The translations under genes and the position numbers were made by a program. From NCBI GenBank assembly GCA_039589995.1, contig JBDHGH010000002.1, positions 1,014 through 65,013 on the forward strand: 64,000 bases of DNA. The letters run 5' to 3'. Positions 33,101 through 42,369 of this stretch are shown one piece after another. This DNA is from Gemmatimonadota bacterium (lineage in GTDB: Bacteria; Gemmatimonadota; Gemmatimonadetes; Palauibacterales; KS3-K002). The notes below the pieces were generated by a model. It saw only the letters and a list, made by a program, of their open reading frames with translations, had not been told where the DNA came from and made no database searches. Within the stretch, counting starts at the first letter, position 1; each line of letters opens with the position of its first letter.

Positions 33101-35245
33101 ATGCGCTGCTTCGCCCTCCTCGCTCTCGCATTCGCAGGATTGTTGGCAGCCAATACCGATGCACTCGCCCAAGCCCTGCGTCCGATCCAGGCGAACGATC
33201 TTTACAGGATCCGAACCGCGAGTAGCGTAGCTCTTTCTCCGGACGGACAACGTCTGGCTTACGTGGTCACACAGATCGACTCTACCGACAACGCCTACTA
33301 CAGCCATATCTGGTTGGCCGATTTGGGTGTCGGGACCACGCGTCAGCAAACTCGAGGCAAAGTCCGCGACAGAAATCCTGTTTGGTCGCCCGACGGTTCG
33401 ATGATAGCCTTCGTTTCGAATCGCGGAGGCCAAGGCCCGCAGATATACATCTTGCCTGTGAACGGCGGTGAGGCTTGGGCGCTCACCGATATGGAGAACG
33501 GCGCCTACGGACCCGTCTGGTCGCCCGACGGCGACGGACTGCTCTTCGGCTCCGAGTTGACGACCCGAGAGTTACTGGAGGAGAATCAGATCGCCGGCAC
33601 CGAGGCGGGCCCACCTGCGGATACCGCGATGTGGGGATCGATGGCGGCGATTAGGAACTGGCTCGATAGAAACGCCGAGAAGGAAGAGCCTGCGGTCATC
33701 ACGCGACTGAACTTCCAGGCCGAACGAGAGCTAGCCCCCATACAGAGCTGGTCGCACATATACGTCATCGGCCTCGCGGATAAGACTCCGCGTCGTCTTA
33801 CCGACGGGCCCTTCGATCACTTCGACCCCAGCTACGCGCCCGACGGGCAGAGTATCGCCTTCGTCGCAAACATCCCCATGGGCGTTCCGCCCGACTTCTC
33901 AGTAAAGAACGACCTCTATGTCATGGGGCTGGACGGTGGAACGCCTCAAAAACTCGAGATTCCCAGACGATCCATCGTCGAACCCTCCTGGTCGCCCGAC
34001 GGCAGCAGTATCGCTTTCGCGGCGCGCGACACGGCGGACCGATCAGCGGCGCACACGGAAATCGGAGTCATCGAGTTCCCGAGCACCGAGGGATCCATCG
34101 AAGTATCCTGGCTGACCCGAGGCTTGGACCGCAGTGCGCGCGACTATTCCTGGTCACCCGATGGGGCCGCGATCTACTTCACCGCGGGAGTGCACGGCAC
34201 GGTCCCGATCTACCGAGTCCGACTGAGCGACGGCGAGATCAGGCAAATGGTATCGGGCGAGCGTGGCATTCTCGATTTCGATCTCGGGAGCGAAAGCCTG
34301 GCCTATGTGGTGACGGAGCCGGCCAACCCATCGGAGATCTACACCGCCGATCCCGCCGGCATCGACGAGCGACGCATCACCGAACTGAACTCCGGTTGGC
34401 TGGCGGGCGTGCATGTGCAGCCGCACCGTGGTTTTTACTACCGGAGTTTTGACGGCCGCCGCGTTCAGGGGTGGCTTATCGATCCGATAGACTTCGATAC
34501 GACTAGCCAACATCCCCTGGTCCTGGAAATACACGGCGGCCCGCACGCCATGTGGGGGCCCGGCGAGCGCTCCATGTGGCACGAATTCCAACTGTTGGCG
34601 GCCAACGGCTACCTCGTGCTGTATACGAACCCCCGCGGCAGCGGTGGTTACGGCCTGGATTTCAAGTTGGCCATCCAGCGCGCCTGGGGTGACGGCCCGA
34701 TGAGGGATGTCCTGACCGCCGTGGATACAGTGGTTCAGCGCCACCTGGTGGATGTGGATCGGATGGTCGTAACCGGCGGCAGCTATGCCGGGTACCTCAC
34801 CGCCTATCTCGTCGGCCACGACCATCGCTTCAAGGCCGCCGTAGCTCAGCGTGGCGTCTACGATCTGGCCACGTTCTTTGGTGAGGGTAACGCCTGGCGT
34901 CTCGTCCCCTGGGAGTTCGATGCCTATCCCTGGGAGGACAACGAGATACTGCGAGCCGAGTCGCCGATCACCTACGCGCATCGGGTCCAGACGCCGCTAC
35001 TGATCATGCACTCCAGCCGGGACCTTCGCACTGGAGTATCGCAGTCCGAGATGCTGTACCGCACGCTGAAAGTTCTTCAGAAACCCGTCGAGTATGTGCG
35101 TTACCCGCGCGAAGGCCACGACCTGTCGCGGGGCGGCGAGCCACTCTTGCGGATTGATCGATTGCTGCGGATTCTCGAGTTCTTCGACCGGTACCTGTCC
35201 TCGGCGCAGGTGCAGCAGGCCAGGGGCGGGAATATCGAGCAATAG
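33101..35245 (+). CDS. S9 family serine peptidase (TolB-like propeller plus prolyl-oligopeptidase catalytic domain), secreted
   Basis: The ATG at 33101 gives the signal MRCFALLALAFAGLLAANTDALAQ. Repeated SPDG propeller motifs, catalytic GGSYAGYL, and a late His in REGHDL. Confidence 0.9.
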   Translation: MRCFALLALAFAGLLAANTDALAQALRPIQANDLYRIRTASSVALSPDGQRLAYVVTQIDSTDNAYYSHIWLADLGVGTTRQQTRGKVRDRNPVWSPDGSMIAFVSNRGGQGPQIYILPVNGGEAWALTDMENGAYGPVWSPDGDGLLFGSELTTRELLEENQIAGTEAGPPADTAMWGSMAAIRNWLDRNAEKEEPAVITRLNFQAERELAPIQSWSHIYVIGLADKTPRRLTDGPFDHFDPSYAPDGQSIAFVANIPMGVPPDFSVKNDLYVMGLDGGTPQKLEIPRRSIVEPSWSPDGSSIAFAARDTADRSAAHTEIGVIEFPSTEGSIEVSWLTRGLDRSARDYSWSPDGAAIYFTAGVHGTVPIYRVRLSDGEIRQMVSGERGILDFDLGSESLAYVVTEPANPSEIYTADPAGIDERRITELNSGWLAGVHVQPHRGFYYRSFDGRRVQGWLIDPIDFDTTSQHPLVLEIHGGPHAMWGPGERSMWHEFQLLAANGYLVLYTNPRGSGGYGLDFKLAIQRAWGDGPMRDVLTAVDTVVQRHLVDVDRMVVTGGSYAGYLTAYLVGHDHRFKAAVAQRGVYDLATFFGEGNAWRLVPWEFDAYPWEDNEILRAESPITYAHRVQTPLLIMHSSRDLRTGVSQSEMLYRTLKVLQKPVEYVRYPREGHDLSRGGEPLLRIDRLLRILEFFDRYLSSAQVQQARGGNIEQ

Positions 35246-35268
35246 AGCATTAGAACATTAGAGCATTC

Positions 35269-35304
35269 GAAGTTGAAGTGAGCACTCCTCAAAACTTCAA
35301 CTTC
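35269..35304. terminator. hairpin between convergent genes (possible bidirectional terminator)
   Basis: Perfect 11-bp stem GAAGTTGAAGT (35269..35279) / ACTTCAACTTC (35294..35304) with a 14-nt loop, in an unusually AT-rich 85-nt spacer. There is no clean U-tract. Confidence 0.45.
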
Positions 35305-35330
35305 AGATGTTCTATTCCTCTATGTTTCAA

Positions 35331-36083
35331 TTAGTCTGGGTTCCCAACTTCGAGACCGTGCTCCGCCAGGTACGCCTTGATTCCCCCGACGGTAGCGCCC
35401 CCTGAATGAAGCAGCTCCCCCACAACAACTCCGTCTGCGTTCCCGATCATCAAAGCATCGAACAGGTCCTCAACGCGATCGGCAGCACCGCAAGCGATGA
35501 CGGGGATCGCCACACCCGACTTCACGGATGCCAGCAAATCGAGATCGAAGGGCGACGGGGTCTCGCGCTGTGAAACGGATTCCACGAAAAGGCTGCCGGC
35601 ACCCTGAGTCTCGATGACCCGCGCCCACGTAACCGCGTGCCATTCCGTCTCCGCGCCTTCTGTCGCTTCGAGAACGCGCCAGCCATTCGTCGCGCTCGAG
35701 GCCAGCACTTTCACCGCAATGCGTTCGGAGCCAAAGCCACCCGCCAGAGCCGCTATGAAGTCCGGGTCCCGCAGTGCCGCAACGCGGATGACTATGCGGG
35801 ATGCACCGGCATCGAGAAGGGCGCCGACTCGATCAGGATCCGTCGTGTCCACCTCCACGCTATGGGGAACGCCTAAAGAGGAGGAGGCCCGTCTGGATAG
35901 TGTGGTCAGCATTTCAACCGAGGGGGCGATTCCGCGGAACAGAATCTCGTCGGCCCCTTCATCCGCATAGGCCGAGGCGGCATCGGCGGGACCCGCGGCG
36001 TGTGCTACCGAGGTGATGCTAACCTTCTCAAGTAGATTGCCGTCCCCTCCAACGGACAGCCCGGCAATGATCTGCCTCTTCAC
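35331..36083 (-). CDS. HisA/HisF-family (beta/alpha)8 barrel protein, divergent
   Basis: MKRQIIAGLSV..., GADEILF, DAGASRIVI, FGSERIAV, GAGSLFVESV, and IPVIACGAA align by eye with HisF strands. The catalytic Asp positions appear substituted (see finding). Confidence 0.7.
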   Translation of the reverse strand: MKRQIIAGLSVGGDGNLLEKVSITSVAHAAGPADAASAYADEGADEILFRGIAPSVEMLTTLSRRASSSLGVPHSVEVDTTDPDRVGALLDAGASRIVIRVAALRDPDFIAALAGGFGSERIAVKVLASSATNGWRVLEATEGAETEWHAVTWARVIETQGAGSLFVESVSQRETPSPFDLDLLASVKSGVAIPVIACGAADRVEDLFDALMIGNADGVVVGELLHSGGATVGGIKAYLAEHGLEVGNPD

Positions 36084-36091
36084 TGCCCTCG

Positions 36092-36943
36092 CTACTCCCC
36101 GTCCGTCGACTCTTCCTCGATCGGGACGTTCTTGCGAATGCGGTGGCTGAACAATGTGATCTCGGAGAAGCCGGCGCGACGCAACAGCAGATCGCCAACC
36201 TCCCAGCCCTGCTCGAAGCTGGTCGGTACGTGGCTATCGGTGCCGATGGTCACGGTCGCAACATGAGCCTCTTTCGCCCATTTCAGGATATTCAGACCCG
36301 GATACGGTTCCGCCGGCGCCTGGACCACCCCCGAAGTGTTGACCTCGAGGCCCAGCCCCGCAGCCACCATCTTGTCGAGGATGCCGCGAACCTGCGACTC
36401 GAACGGAGCGGCATCGAATGGCCCGTAGTACTTGGCCCCGAACCGCTTCACCAGGTCGAGATGGCCCACGACGTCGAAGCCGCCCCAGTCCAGCATCTCT
36501 TCCACCATCTCGAAGTAGCGGCCGTACGTGTCAGAAATGTCCCGGTCCTTGAAGTAGCCTCCGACAGAACCGCCCGATACCTGGTGACCGTCCACCACGT
36601 GGACCGAACCGATGACCATGTCGAAGTCCACGGAATCGGTCAACGCGTCCAGCGTTTCGACCCACTCCGGCCGGTACTCGTACTCGGCCCCCAACAGCAT
36701 ACGCAGCTCGGGGTACTCGGGCTGCAGTCGCTCGATCTCGTGCTGCTGGTGCTCGAACCTGTCCCGAGCCTCGACCAGATCGACAGTCCATTCGCCCGAC
36801 TGAAGGTCGAGCACTTCCACGTGGTTCGTGAAACAGATCTCGTCGAACCCTAGACCGATGGCGGAGTGGATCGTCTCTTCGGTGCTGCCGCGTCCGTCCG
36901 CGGAATACTGGTTGTGTAGATGGTAGTTGATGCGCAAAGCCAC
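36092..36943 (-). CDS. PHP-domain histidinol-phosphatase family (HisJ/HisK-like) phosphoesterase
   Basis: NYHLHNQYSADG (HxH), FTNHVE, GAEYEY, GSVHVV, GHLDL and GTDSH are the PHP metal-ligand motifs, in order. Confidence 0.85.
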   Translation of the reverse strand: MALRINYHLHNQYSADGRGSTEETIHSAIGLGFDEICFTNHVEVLDLQSGEWTVDLVEARDRFEHQQHEIERLQPEYPELRMLLGAEYEYRPEWVETLDALTDSVDFDMVIGSVHVVDGHQVSGGSVGGYFKDRDISDTYGRYFEMVEEMLDWGGFDVVGHLDLVKRFGAKYYGPFDAAPFESQVRGILDKMVAAGLGLEVNTSGVVQAPAEPYPGLNILKWAKEAHVATVTIGTDSHVPTSFEQGWEVGDLLLRRAGFSEITLFSHRIRKNVPIEEESTDGE

Positions 36944-36946
36944 GCC

Positions 36947-37591
36947 TCAGTTCATGAGTGCAATCGCCACACCGTCTCGAGAGGGGACGACAATCGAAGT
37001 AAACCTCGGGTCGTTGGCAAGCCGACGATTGAATTCCTGGATACCCCGTACGCCTGCGTCCGAAGCACTGCTATCCAGCACGGCTCCGCTCTTGAAGGCG
37101 TTGTCGCCGATCACCAAGCCACCGGACCGAACGTTAGACGCGCACCAATCCAGGTAGGCAGGATAGTTCTCCTTGTCGGCATCGATGAACACGGCGTCGT
37201 ACGGTCCGTCCCCAGCGAGAGCCTCAAGCAACTCCAGGGCCACACCCACACGGACCTCCACGCGATCCTCAAGACCGGCGCGTTCGAGGAAACGCCGCGC
37301 CAGATCGGCACGCTCCGACTCCAACTCCAAAGTGATCAGTCGACCGTCAGACGGGAGGGCGCGAGCCATCCAAATCGCGCTGTACCCACCCAGGGTGCCA
37401 AGCTCGATGACCTTTCGGGCTCGGATGGCGCCCAGCAGGACCTGCAGTAACCGGCCCTCTGCCGCGTCGATATGGATCAGGGGAAGGCCCGCCTGCACGA
37501 TCTCTTCGCGAAGGTCGGTGAGAACCTCATCTTCCGTGGCGAACAACTCCGTCACGTAGCGGGCGCAGGCTTCCCTAAGTTTCTCGTCCAC
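36947..37591 (-). CDS. class I SAM-dependent O-methyltransferase (family 3, caffeoyl-CoA OMT-like)
   Basis: ORF 36947..37729. A GTG at 37591 begins 4 nt after the upstream stop (37596). It has VIELGTLGGYSAIWMA, ITLE, AVFIDADKENY and GGLVIGDN. Confidence 0.85.
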   Translation of the reverse strand: MDEKLREACARYVTELFATEDEVLTDLREEIVQAGLPLIHIDAAEGRLLQVLLGAIRARKVIELGTLGGYSAIWMARALPSDGRLITLELESERADLARRFLERAGLEDRVEVRVGVALELLEALAGDGPYDAVFIDADKENYPAYLDWCASNVRSGGLVIGDNAFKSGAVLDSSASDAGVRGIQEFNRRLANDPRFTSIVVPSRDGVAIALMN

Positions 37592-37595
37592 AGCG

Positions 37596-38942
37596 CTACT
37601 CGGCTGTCGCCCGGCGGGCCGCGCCGACCCATACCCGGATCTTCGGAGGCGTGGCGGCTCGCGGTCTTGGGGTGCGCCCGCGGAGATCAGCACCCAACGC
37701 GTCGGGCTCGGCTGCCGCGAGGTCTGCAAGCGACTGGATGCCTGCTTCCCACAGCAGCCGGGCGTTCACCGTGCCTATGCCGCGCAACGTGGAGAGCTGC
37801 GAAGCCGAGACCCACTCCTCTGCCGAGGACGAAGACGTCCCCGCGGCTTCGGCGACCTCGCCAGGTTCCGCATCCGCCAGGACGAACAGGTCGCGATAAG
37901 GAGTCGGCTCCAGACGTTGTTGTTGGGCCGGACTTATTAACCACAAGCCTGGCAGAGTAGGTCTCAACGAGTCTGTGTTCCAGCGATCCATCCCGAATAG
38001 CACGGCCAACGAGAAGGCCGCCGCCGCCACCGCGGCCACGGCCGTGCGTCCCGGTCTCAATTTCACATCGGTCGCTCGAATGGTCTCCGGCACCGCCACA
38101 CCGGCCAGCAACAGCGACTGGTAGACCACGAAACAATCGAGAGCGAACACGGGGAATCCAAAGAAGCCCAGCAGCGGCATCTCGAACAGCTTAAAGTTCT
38201 CCAGCCCGGGGACCGTGTAGATCCACTTGCTGAGCGATTCGATGTTGTACATCTCCCAAAGGAAACCGATGGCCATCCCGCCGACGAGGAATCGCAGCAG
38301 TCGGCCCGGGCGCCCGGAAGAAAGATCACCCAGCAGCGAGCGTTTCGGATCGCGGCTGTAGTTCCACGGCTCGAGCAGCAACGTGAGCGCGCCCCAGATC
38401 ATCGGGAAGAAGTACTTAGGCCACGCCAAGCTGAGCGCCGAGAAGGCAACCCCGATAAGGACGAGGGTGACCAGCGTGCGGCTCTTCACGCTGAACGTCG
38501 GCCAACGAACTCCATCGAACGCTCCTCGACCGGCAAGCCAACGCTCGGCCAGGAAGATGGCAGGGAAAACCGTCGCGAACGATATCGTGGTCCCCAGCCA
38601 ACGAAACGAACGGTCGGGCGGTAGGAATACGTAGTACCAGTTAGAGACCCGAAAGTTGACCAACTCGAAGAAGAACCAAAGCACAGCGGACCAACCCAGC
38701 AGCGAAATCGCGAAGCCGGGGCGAGTTAGCACGTAGTACTTGCCGCTGCGCCACGCCTGAGCTGCATCCAGAATCAGAATCGTGGGATACCAGGCCGACA
38801 TGTAGTAGTAGTACATGAACGGCTCGGTTCGCCGGAGCATCAGCACTGTCGCGACGGCAAGGAAAGCGAAAGCGGGCAGCGCTACGGCCCACGGCGGCGG
38901 CCGTAGAGCCGCACCCGATCTCGCTGTCGGGGCCTCACTCAT
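37596..38942 (-). CDS. polytopic membrane protein with C-terminal helix-hairpin-helix region
   Basis: At least 8 hydrophobic segments by eye. The C-terminal LSTLRGIGTVNARLLWEAGIQSLADLA is HhH-like. Its start overlaps the upstream stop (ATGA). Confidence 0.65.
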   Translation of the reverse strand: MSEAPTARSGAALRPPPWAVALPAFAFLAVATVLMLRRTEPFMYYYYMSAWYPTILILDAAQAWRSGKYYVLTRPGFAISLLGWSAVLWFFFELVNFRVSNWYYVFLPPDRSFRWLGTTISFATVFPAIFLAERWLAGRGAFDGVRWPTFSVKSRTLVTLVLIGVAFSALSLAWPKYFFPMIWGALTLLLEPWNYSRDPKRSLLGDLSSGRPGRLLRFLVGGMAIGFLWEMYNIESLSKWIYTVPGLENFKLFEMPLLGFFGFPVFALDCFVVYQSLLLAGVAVPETIRATDVKLRPGRTAVAAVAAAAFSLAVLFGMDRWNTDSLRPTLPGLWLISPAQQQRLEPTPYRDLFVLADAEPGEVAEAAGTSSSSAEEWVSASQLSTLRGIGTVNARLLWEAGIQSLADLAAAEPDALGADLRGRTPRPRAATPPKIRVWVGAARRATAE

Positions 38943-40783
38943 CTGACCGCCGTCAACTGGATCTGCTCCTGGTACCCTGCCAATTCGGGCGATGCATAGA
39001 CCATGCGCCCCCCTACGATCGTCGCGAGCACTCTTACGTCCTTGATCTCGCTGGGATCGATGGCCAGTAAATCGCGGTCAAGCACGGTGAAGTCCGCCAG
39101 CTTGCCCACCTTGATACTCCCTTTCAGATCTTCTTCGCGGGCGGCGAATGCGTTGTTGATCGTGTAGGCACGGATCGCGGTCTCCACGTCCACTCGCTCC
39201 TCTGGGAACCAGCCCTCCGGTGGCTCGCCGTCCAGCGTCTGGCGCGTCACCGCCGCGTAAATGCCGAGGAGAGGCTTGGCGGGATACCATGCCGCGTTGG
39301 TACCCGGCCAATCGGAGCCGAAGGAAAGGACCGCCCCACCCTCCAAGAGCGACTTGAAGGCGTACGCGCCTTTGCAGCGCTCGTGCCCAATCCGCTCTTC
39401 CATCCAGCGCATGTCGTCGATGGCGTGGTACGGCTGGACTTCAGCGATCACGCCAAGCTCGCCGAAACGCGCGAAGTCATCCTCCTCGACGACCTGCGCG
39501 TGGATCATTCGGAAGCGATGGTCGCCGGGCCCGTTCCTCTCTATCGCCGCCTCGAACCAATCGAGCAACGTGTCCACCGCCAGGTCGCCGATCGCGTGGA
39601 CTTGCGGGATAAGCCCCACCGAGTCAGCTCCACGGATCAATTCCGCCATGCCCGGAGGCTCTCGCACCATCGTGCGCCAGCTACCGCTATTGTCGGGCTG
39701 GTGGTCGTAGGGCTGACGAAACATCGCGCTGGAGTTCCCCATGATGCCATCGACGAAACCCTTCAGCCCGCCAACCTTAAGGTACTCGTCACCGAAGCCC
39801 GAGTGGATTCCCACCGCCGAGAGGTGCGGCCACATATCCAGCGTCGGGCGTGCGTAAACGCGAACCGTCAGCTCGTCTCTATCACGAAGGTTCTCGAACA
39901 CGCGCATCTGATGCGCGCGAGTGATGTCGTGAATACCGGTCACCCCGTTCTCGGCCAGACGCTTCAAACCGACGCGTGCCTCGAGTAGCCGCTGCTCGAA
40001 CGGTTTTGCGGGTATGACGCGTTGTACCATTTCCACGGCTGTGCCCGTGAGGATGCCCGAAGGCTCGCCGGTACCCGAATCCCGCTCGATCGTCCCACGC
40101 GCCGGGTCGCGCGTCGAACGACTGATCCCGGCCAGCTCGAGCGCCACTCCATTTGCCAAGTACTCGCTACGATCCCAGCGGCTCAGCAACACCGGCGTCT
40201 CGCGCGTCAGATCGTCGATCATGCTACGGTGGGGCCTGAATCGTTCGTCAGCTGCTTCTCCCTCGCGTCCCGTCGACCCCATCGCCCACTCTTCGTAGGC
40301 GCCCCAGTCTCCGCCGGTTATCCAGGCGCCATCGGGCAAACGCTCGCGCGCACCTTCCACCCGCTCAGCCAGAGCTTCAGCGTCTGCGACGTCGAGCAGA
40401 TTGATTCCGAGGAGAAGTTGCGCGGCGTAGTCGAAGTGTGTGTGATTGTCGATGAAGCCCGGCACCACGAAGGCACCATCCAGGTCTACTACCACGGTGT
40501 TCGGACCTCGATAACTCGACACCTCGCTCTCACGACCCACCGCCACGATCCGACCATCGCGGACCGCGACACCTTCGGCCCGAGGTTGATCCGCCTCGAC
40601 CGTGTAGATCTCGCCACCCAGGAGTATCATGTCGGCGGCGGCCTGGTTCGGGCCCGACCTCATCGTCCACACCGCGACCACCACCGCAGCAGCAGCCACG
40701 GCCATCAACAACAGAGAGCTACGCATGGGTCGTATCCTGTGAAGGGTTGTAGGCGCGTGAACTGGCAGGTAATGTAGGGCCAA
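38939..40783 (-). CDS. amidohydrolase family (Amidohydro_3-like) metal-dependent hydrolase, exported
   Basis: N-terminal signal or anchor, then VVPGFIDNHTHF (HxH metal motif). Also HAIGD and FGSDWP. Confidence 0.85.
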   Translation of the reverse strand: MALHYLPVHAPTTLHRIRPMRSSLLLMAVAAAAVVVAVWTMRSGPNQAAADMILLGGEIYTVEADQPRAEGVAVRDGRIVAVGRESEVSSYRGPNTVVVDLDGAFVVPGFIDNHTHFDYAAQLLLGINLLDVADAEALAERVEGARERLPDGAWITGGDWGAYEEWAMGSTGREGEAADERFRPHRSMIDDLTRETPVLLSRWDRSEYLANGVALELAGISRSTRDPARGTIERDSGTGEPSGILTGTAVEMVQRVIPAKPFEQRLLEARVGLKRLAENGVTGIHDITRAHQMRVFENLRDRDELTVRVYARPTLDMWPHLSAVGIHSGFGDEYLKVGGLKGFVDGIMGNSSAMFRQPYDHQPDNSGSWRTMVREPPGMAELIRGADSVGLIPQVHAIGDLAVDTLLDWFEAAIERNGPGDHRFRMIHAQVVEEDDFARFGELGVIAEVQPYHAIDDMRWMEERIGHERCKGAYAFKSLLEGGAVLSFGSDWPGTNAAWYPAKPLLGIYAAVTRQTLDGEPPEGWFPEERVDVETAIRAYTINNAFAAREEDLKGSIKVGKLADFTVLDRDLLAIDPSEIKDVRVLATIVGGRMVYASPELAGYQEQIQLTAVR

Positions 40784-40808
40784 ATCCGACTCTCAAAAGG
40801 GCGGCAAG

Positions 40809-42023
40809 ATGAGACGACGCGACTTCCTCAAATACGCAGGCGCGGCCGGCGCGACCTCGGTAATCCCAGGTTTCCAGCGCGAGACGCTGGCCGACTCGCT
40901 GTTTGGACCCTCGGCCGACCAGGGGATCGACCCGCTGCCGGAATCCGTCTACCGGGACAGGCTCGACCGAGCGCTGGAACTCATGCAGCAGTACGGATTC
41001 GCCGCGTTGTTCAGTGAGCCTGCGACCAACTTCGCCTATCTCCAGAGCGCAGACTTCTGGCGCAGTGAACGACTGATAGCGCTGGTCCTTCCCGACAGCG
41101 GTCAACCGCTGATCGTCGCACCGGCCTTCGAGGTCGAGCGCGTCGAGCGGGCGGTTGGATCGCTGGCCGATGTTCGGGGCTGGGAGGAGGACGAGGACCC
41201 CTACGTCATCGTGTACAATGCGCTTTGGAGCCTGGGATCGGGACGAATCGGGATCGAGCCGAGCACGCGCTACGGCACCGTGGTACAGCTTCAGAAGATT
41301 CTGAAGGACTGGCGATTCGACGATGCCGGAGACCTGTTCACCTCCCTGCGCATCATCAAGTCCGAGGAAGAGATCTCACTGATCCGCCGGGCCATCTCGA
41401 TCACCGAGACGTCGATCGCGGCCACGTTCGCCAGCCTGGAAGCGGGCGTGAGCGAGCACGAGGTTGCCTCCCATCTCAGCGGAGAGATGAAGCAACGTGG
41501 GGCCAGCGGAGGTGGTTTGGTACAGTTCGGACCCGACAGTTCCCTTCCCCACGGTGGACCGACTGGAATGACCCTCGAGCGAGGCATGCCGGTCCTCATC
41601 GATGGCGGCTGCCGGGTCCACGGCTACACCTCCGACATTACGAGGATGCACTTCTTCGGCGACGATCCTTCGCCACAGTATCGGGAGGTGTTCAATACGG
41701 TCCTGGCGGCCCAGTCCGCCGCGTACGAAGCGGGCCAACCCGGCATGGAATGCCAGCAACTGGATCACATCGCCAGGACCGTGATCACACAGGCCGGCTA
41801 CGGTGAGTACTTCACCCATCGCTTGGGGCACGGGATGGGGATGGATGGCCACGAACACCCTTACCTGGTGAACGGGAACACTCGGCAGCTCGAGCCCGGG
41901 ATGGTCTTCACTATCGAGCCGGGCATCTACTTGCCGGATCAGTGGGGTGTGAGAATCGAGGATGACTTCGTCGTCCGAGAGGACGGACTGGAGGTTCTGA
42001 GCAGTCGGGTGTCACAGATCTGA
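40809..42023 (+). CDS. M24 family Xaa-Pro peptidase, Tat signal
   Basis: MRRRDFLKYAGAAGA twin-arginine signal. M24B metal ligands are in order: DGGCRVHGYTSDITR, HRLGHGMG, FTIEPGIY, GVRIED. Confidence 0.9.
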   Translation: MRRRDFLKYAGAAGATSVIPGFQRETLADSLFGPSADQGIDPLPESVYRDRLDRALELMQQYGFAALFSEPATNFAYLQSADFWRSERLIALVLPDSGQPLIVAPAFEVERVERAVGSLADVRGWEEDEDPYVIVYNALWSLGSGRIGIEPSTRYGTVVQLQKILKDWRFDDAGDLFTSLRIIKSEEEISLIRRAISITETSIAATFASLEAGVSEHEVASHLSGEMKQRGASGGGLVQFGPDSSLPHGGPTGMTLERGMPVLIDGGCRVHGYTSDITRMHFFGDDPSPQYREVFNTVLAAQSAAYEAGQPGMECQQLDHIARTVITQAGYGEYFTHRLGHGMGMDGHEHPYLVNGNTRQLEPGMVFTIEPGIYLPDQWGVRIEDDFVVREDGLEVLSSRVSQI

Positions 42024-42108
42024 GTCGCCAACGTTCTTGACGTTTTCACCTTCGATCGAGATATTCGCCCGCGTCCCCTGAAAACCAGAAACGAGGTTTG
42101 AGACAGCG

Positions 42109-42369
42109 ATGAAGTTCGAGCTTGCCACTCATCTATCACCGGAAGAAGTGATTCAGAGGGCCGAGGATTACTACCGCGAGAACACAGGGCTGGAGATACA
42201 GGGCCGGGGCGACAACCGCCTCGAATACTCCGGAGCTATCGGTATCGCGGTGATCTCCGCCTACCGGGATCACGGCCACACCGCCGTTCACGTCGAGACC
42301 GACCGCGGCGTCGGGTTCGACGTCACCGACGTGACGCTCAGGTTCATGTACACGATTCCACACGTATGA
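42109..42369 (+). CDS. hypothetical small protein
   Basis: 86-aa ORF with balanced composition. Its stop overlaps the next gene's start (ATGA). Confidence 0.5.
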   Translation: MKFELATHLSPEEVIQRAEDYYRENTGLEIQGRGDNRLEYSGAIGIAVISAYRDHGHTAVHVETDRGVGFDVTDVTLRFMYTIPHV

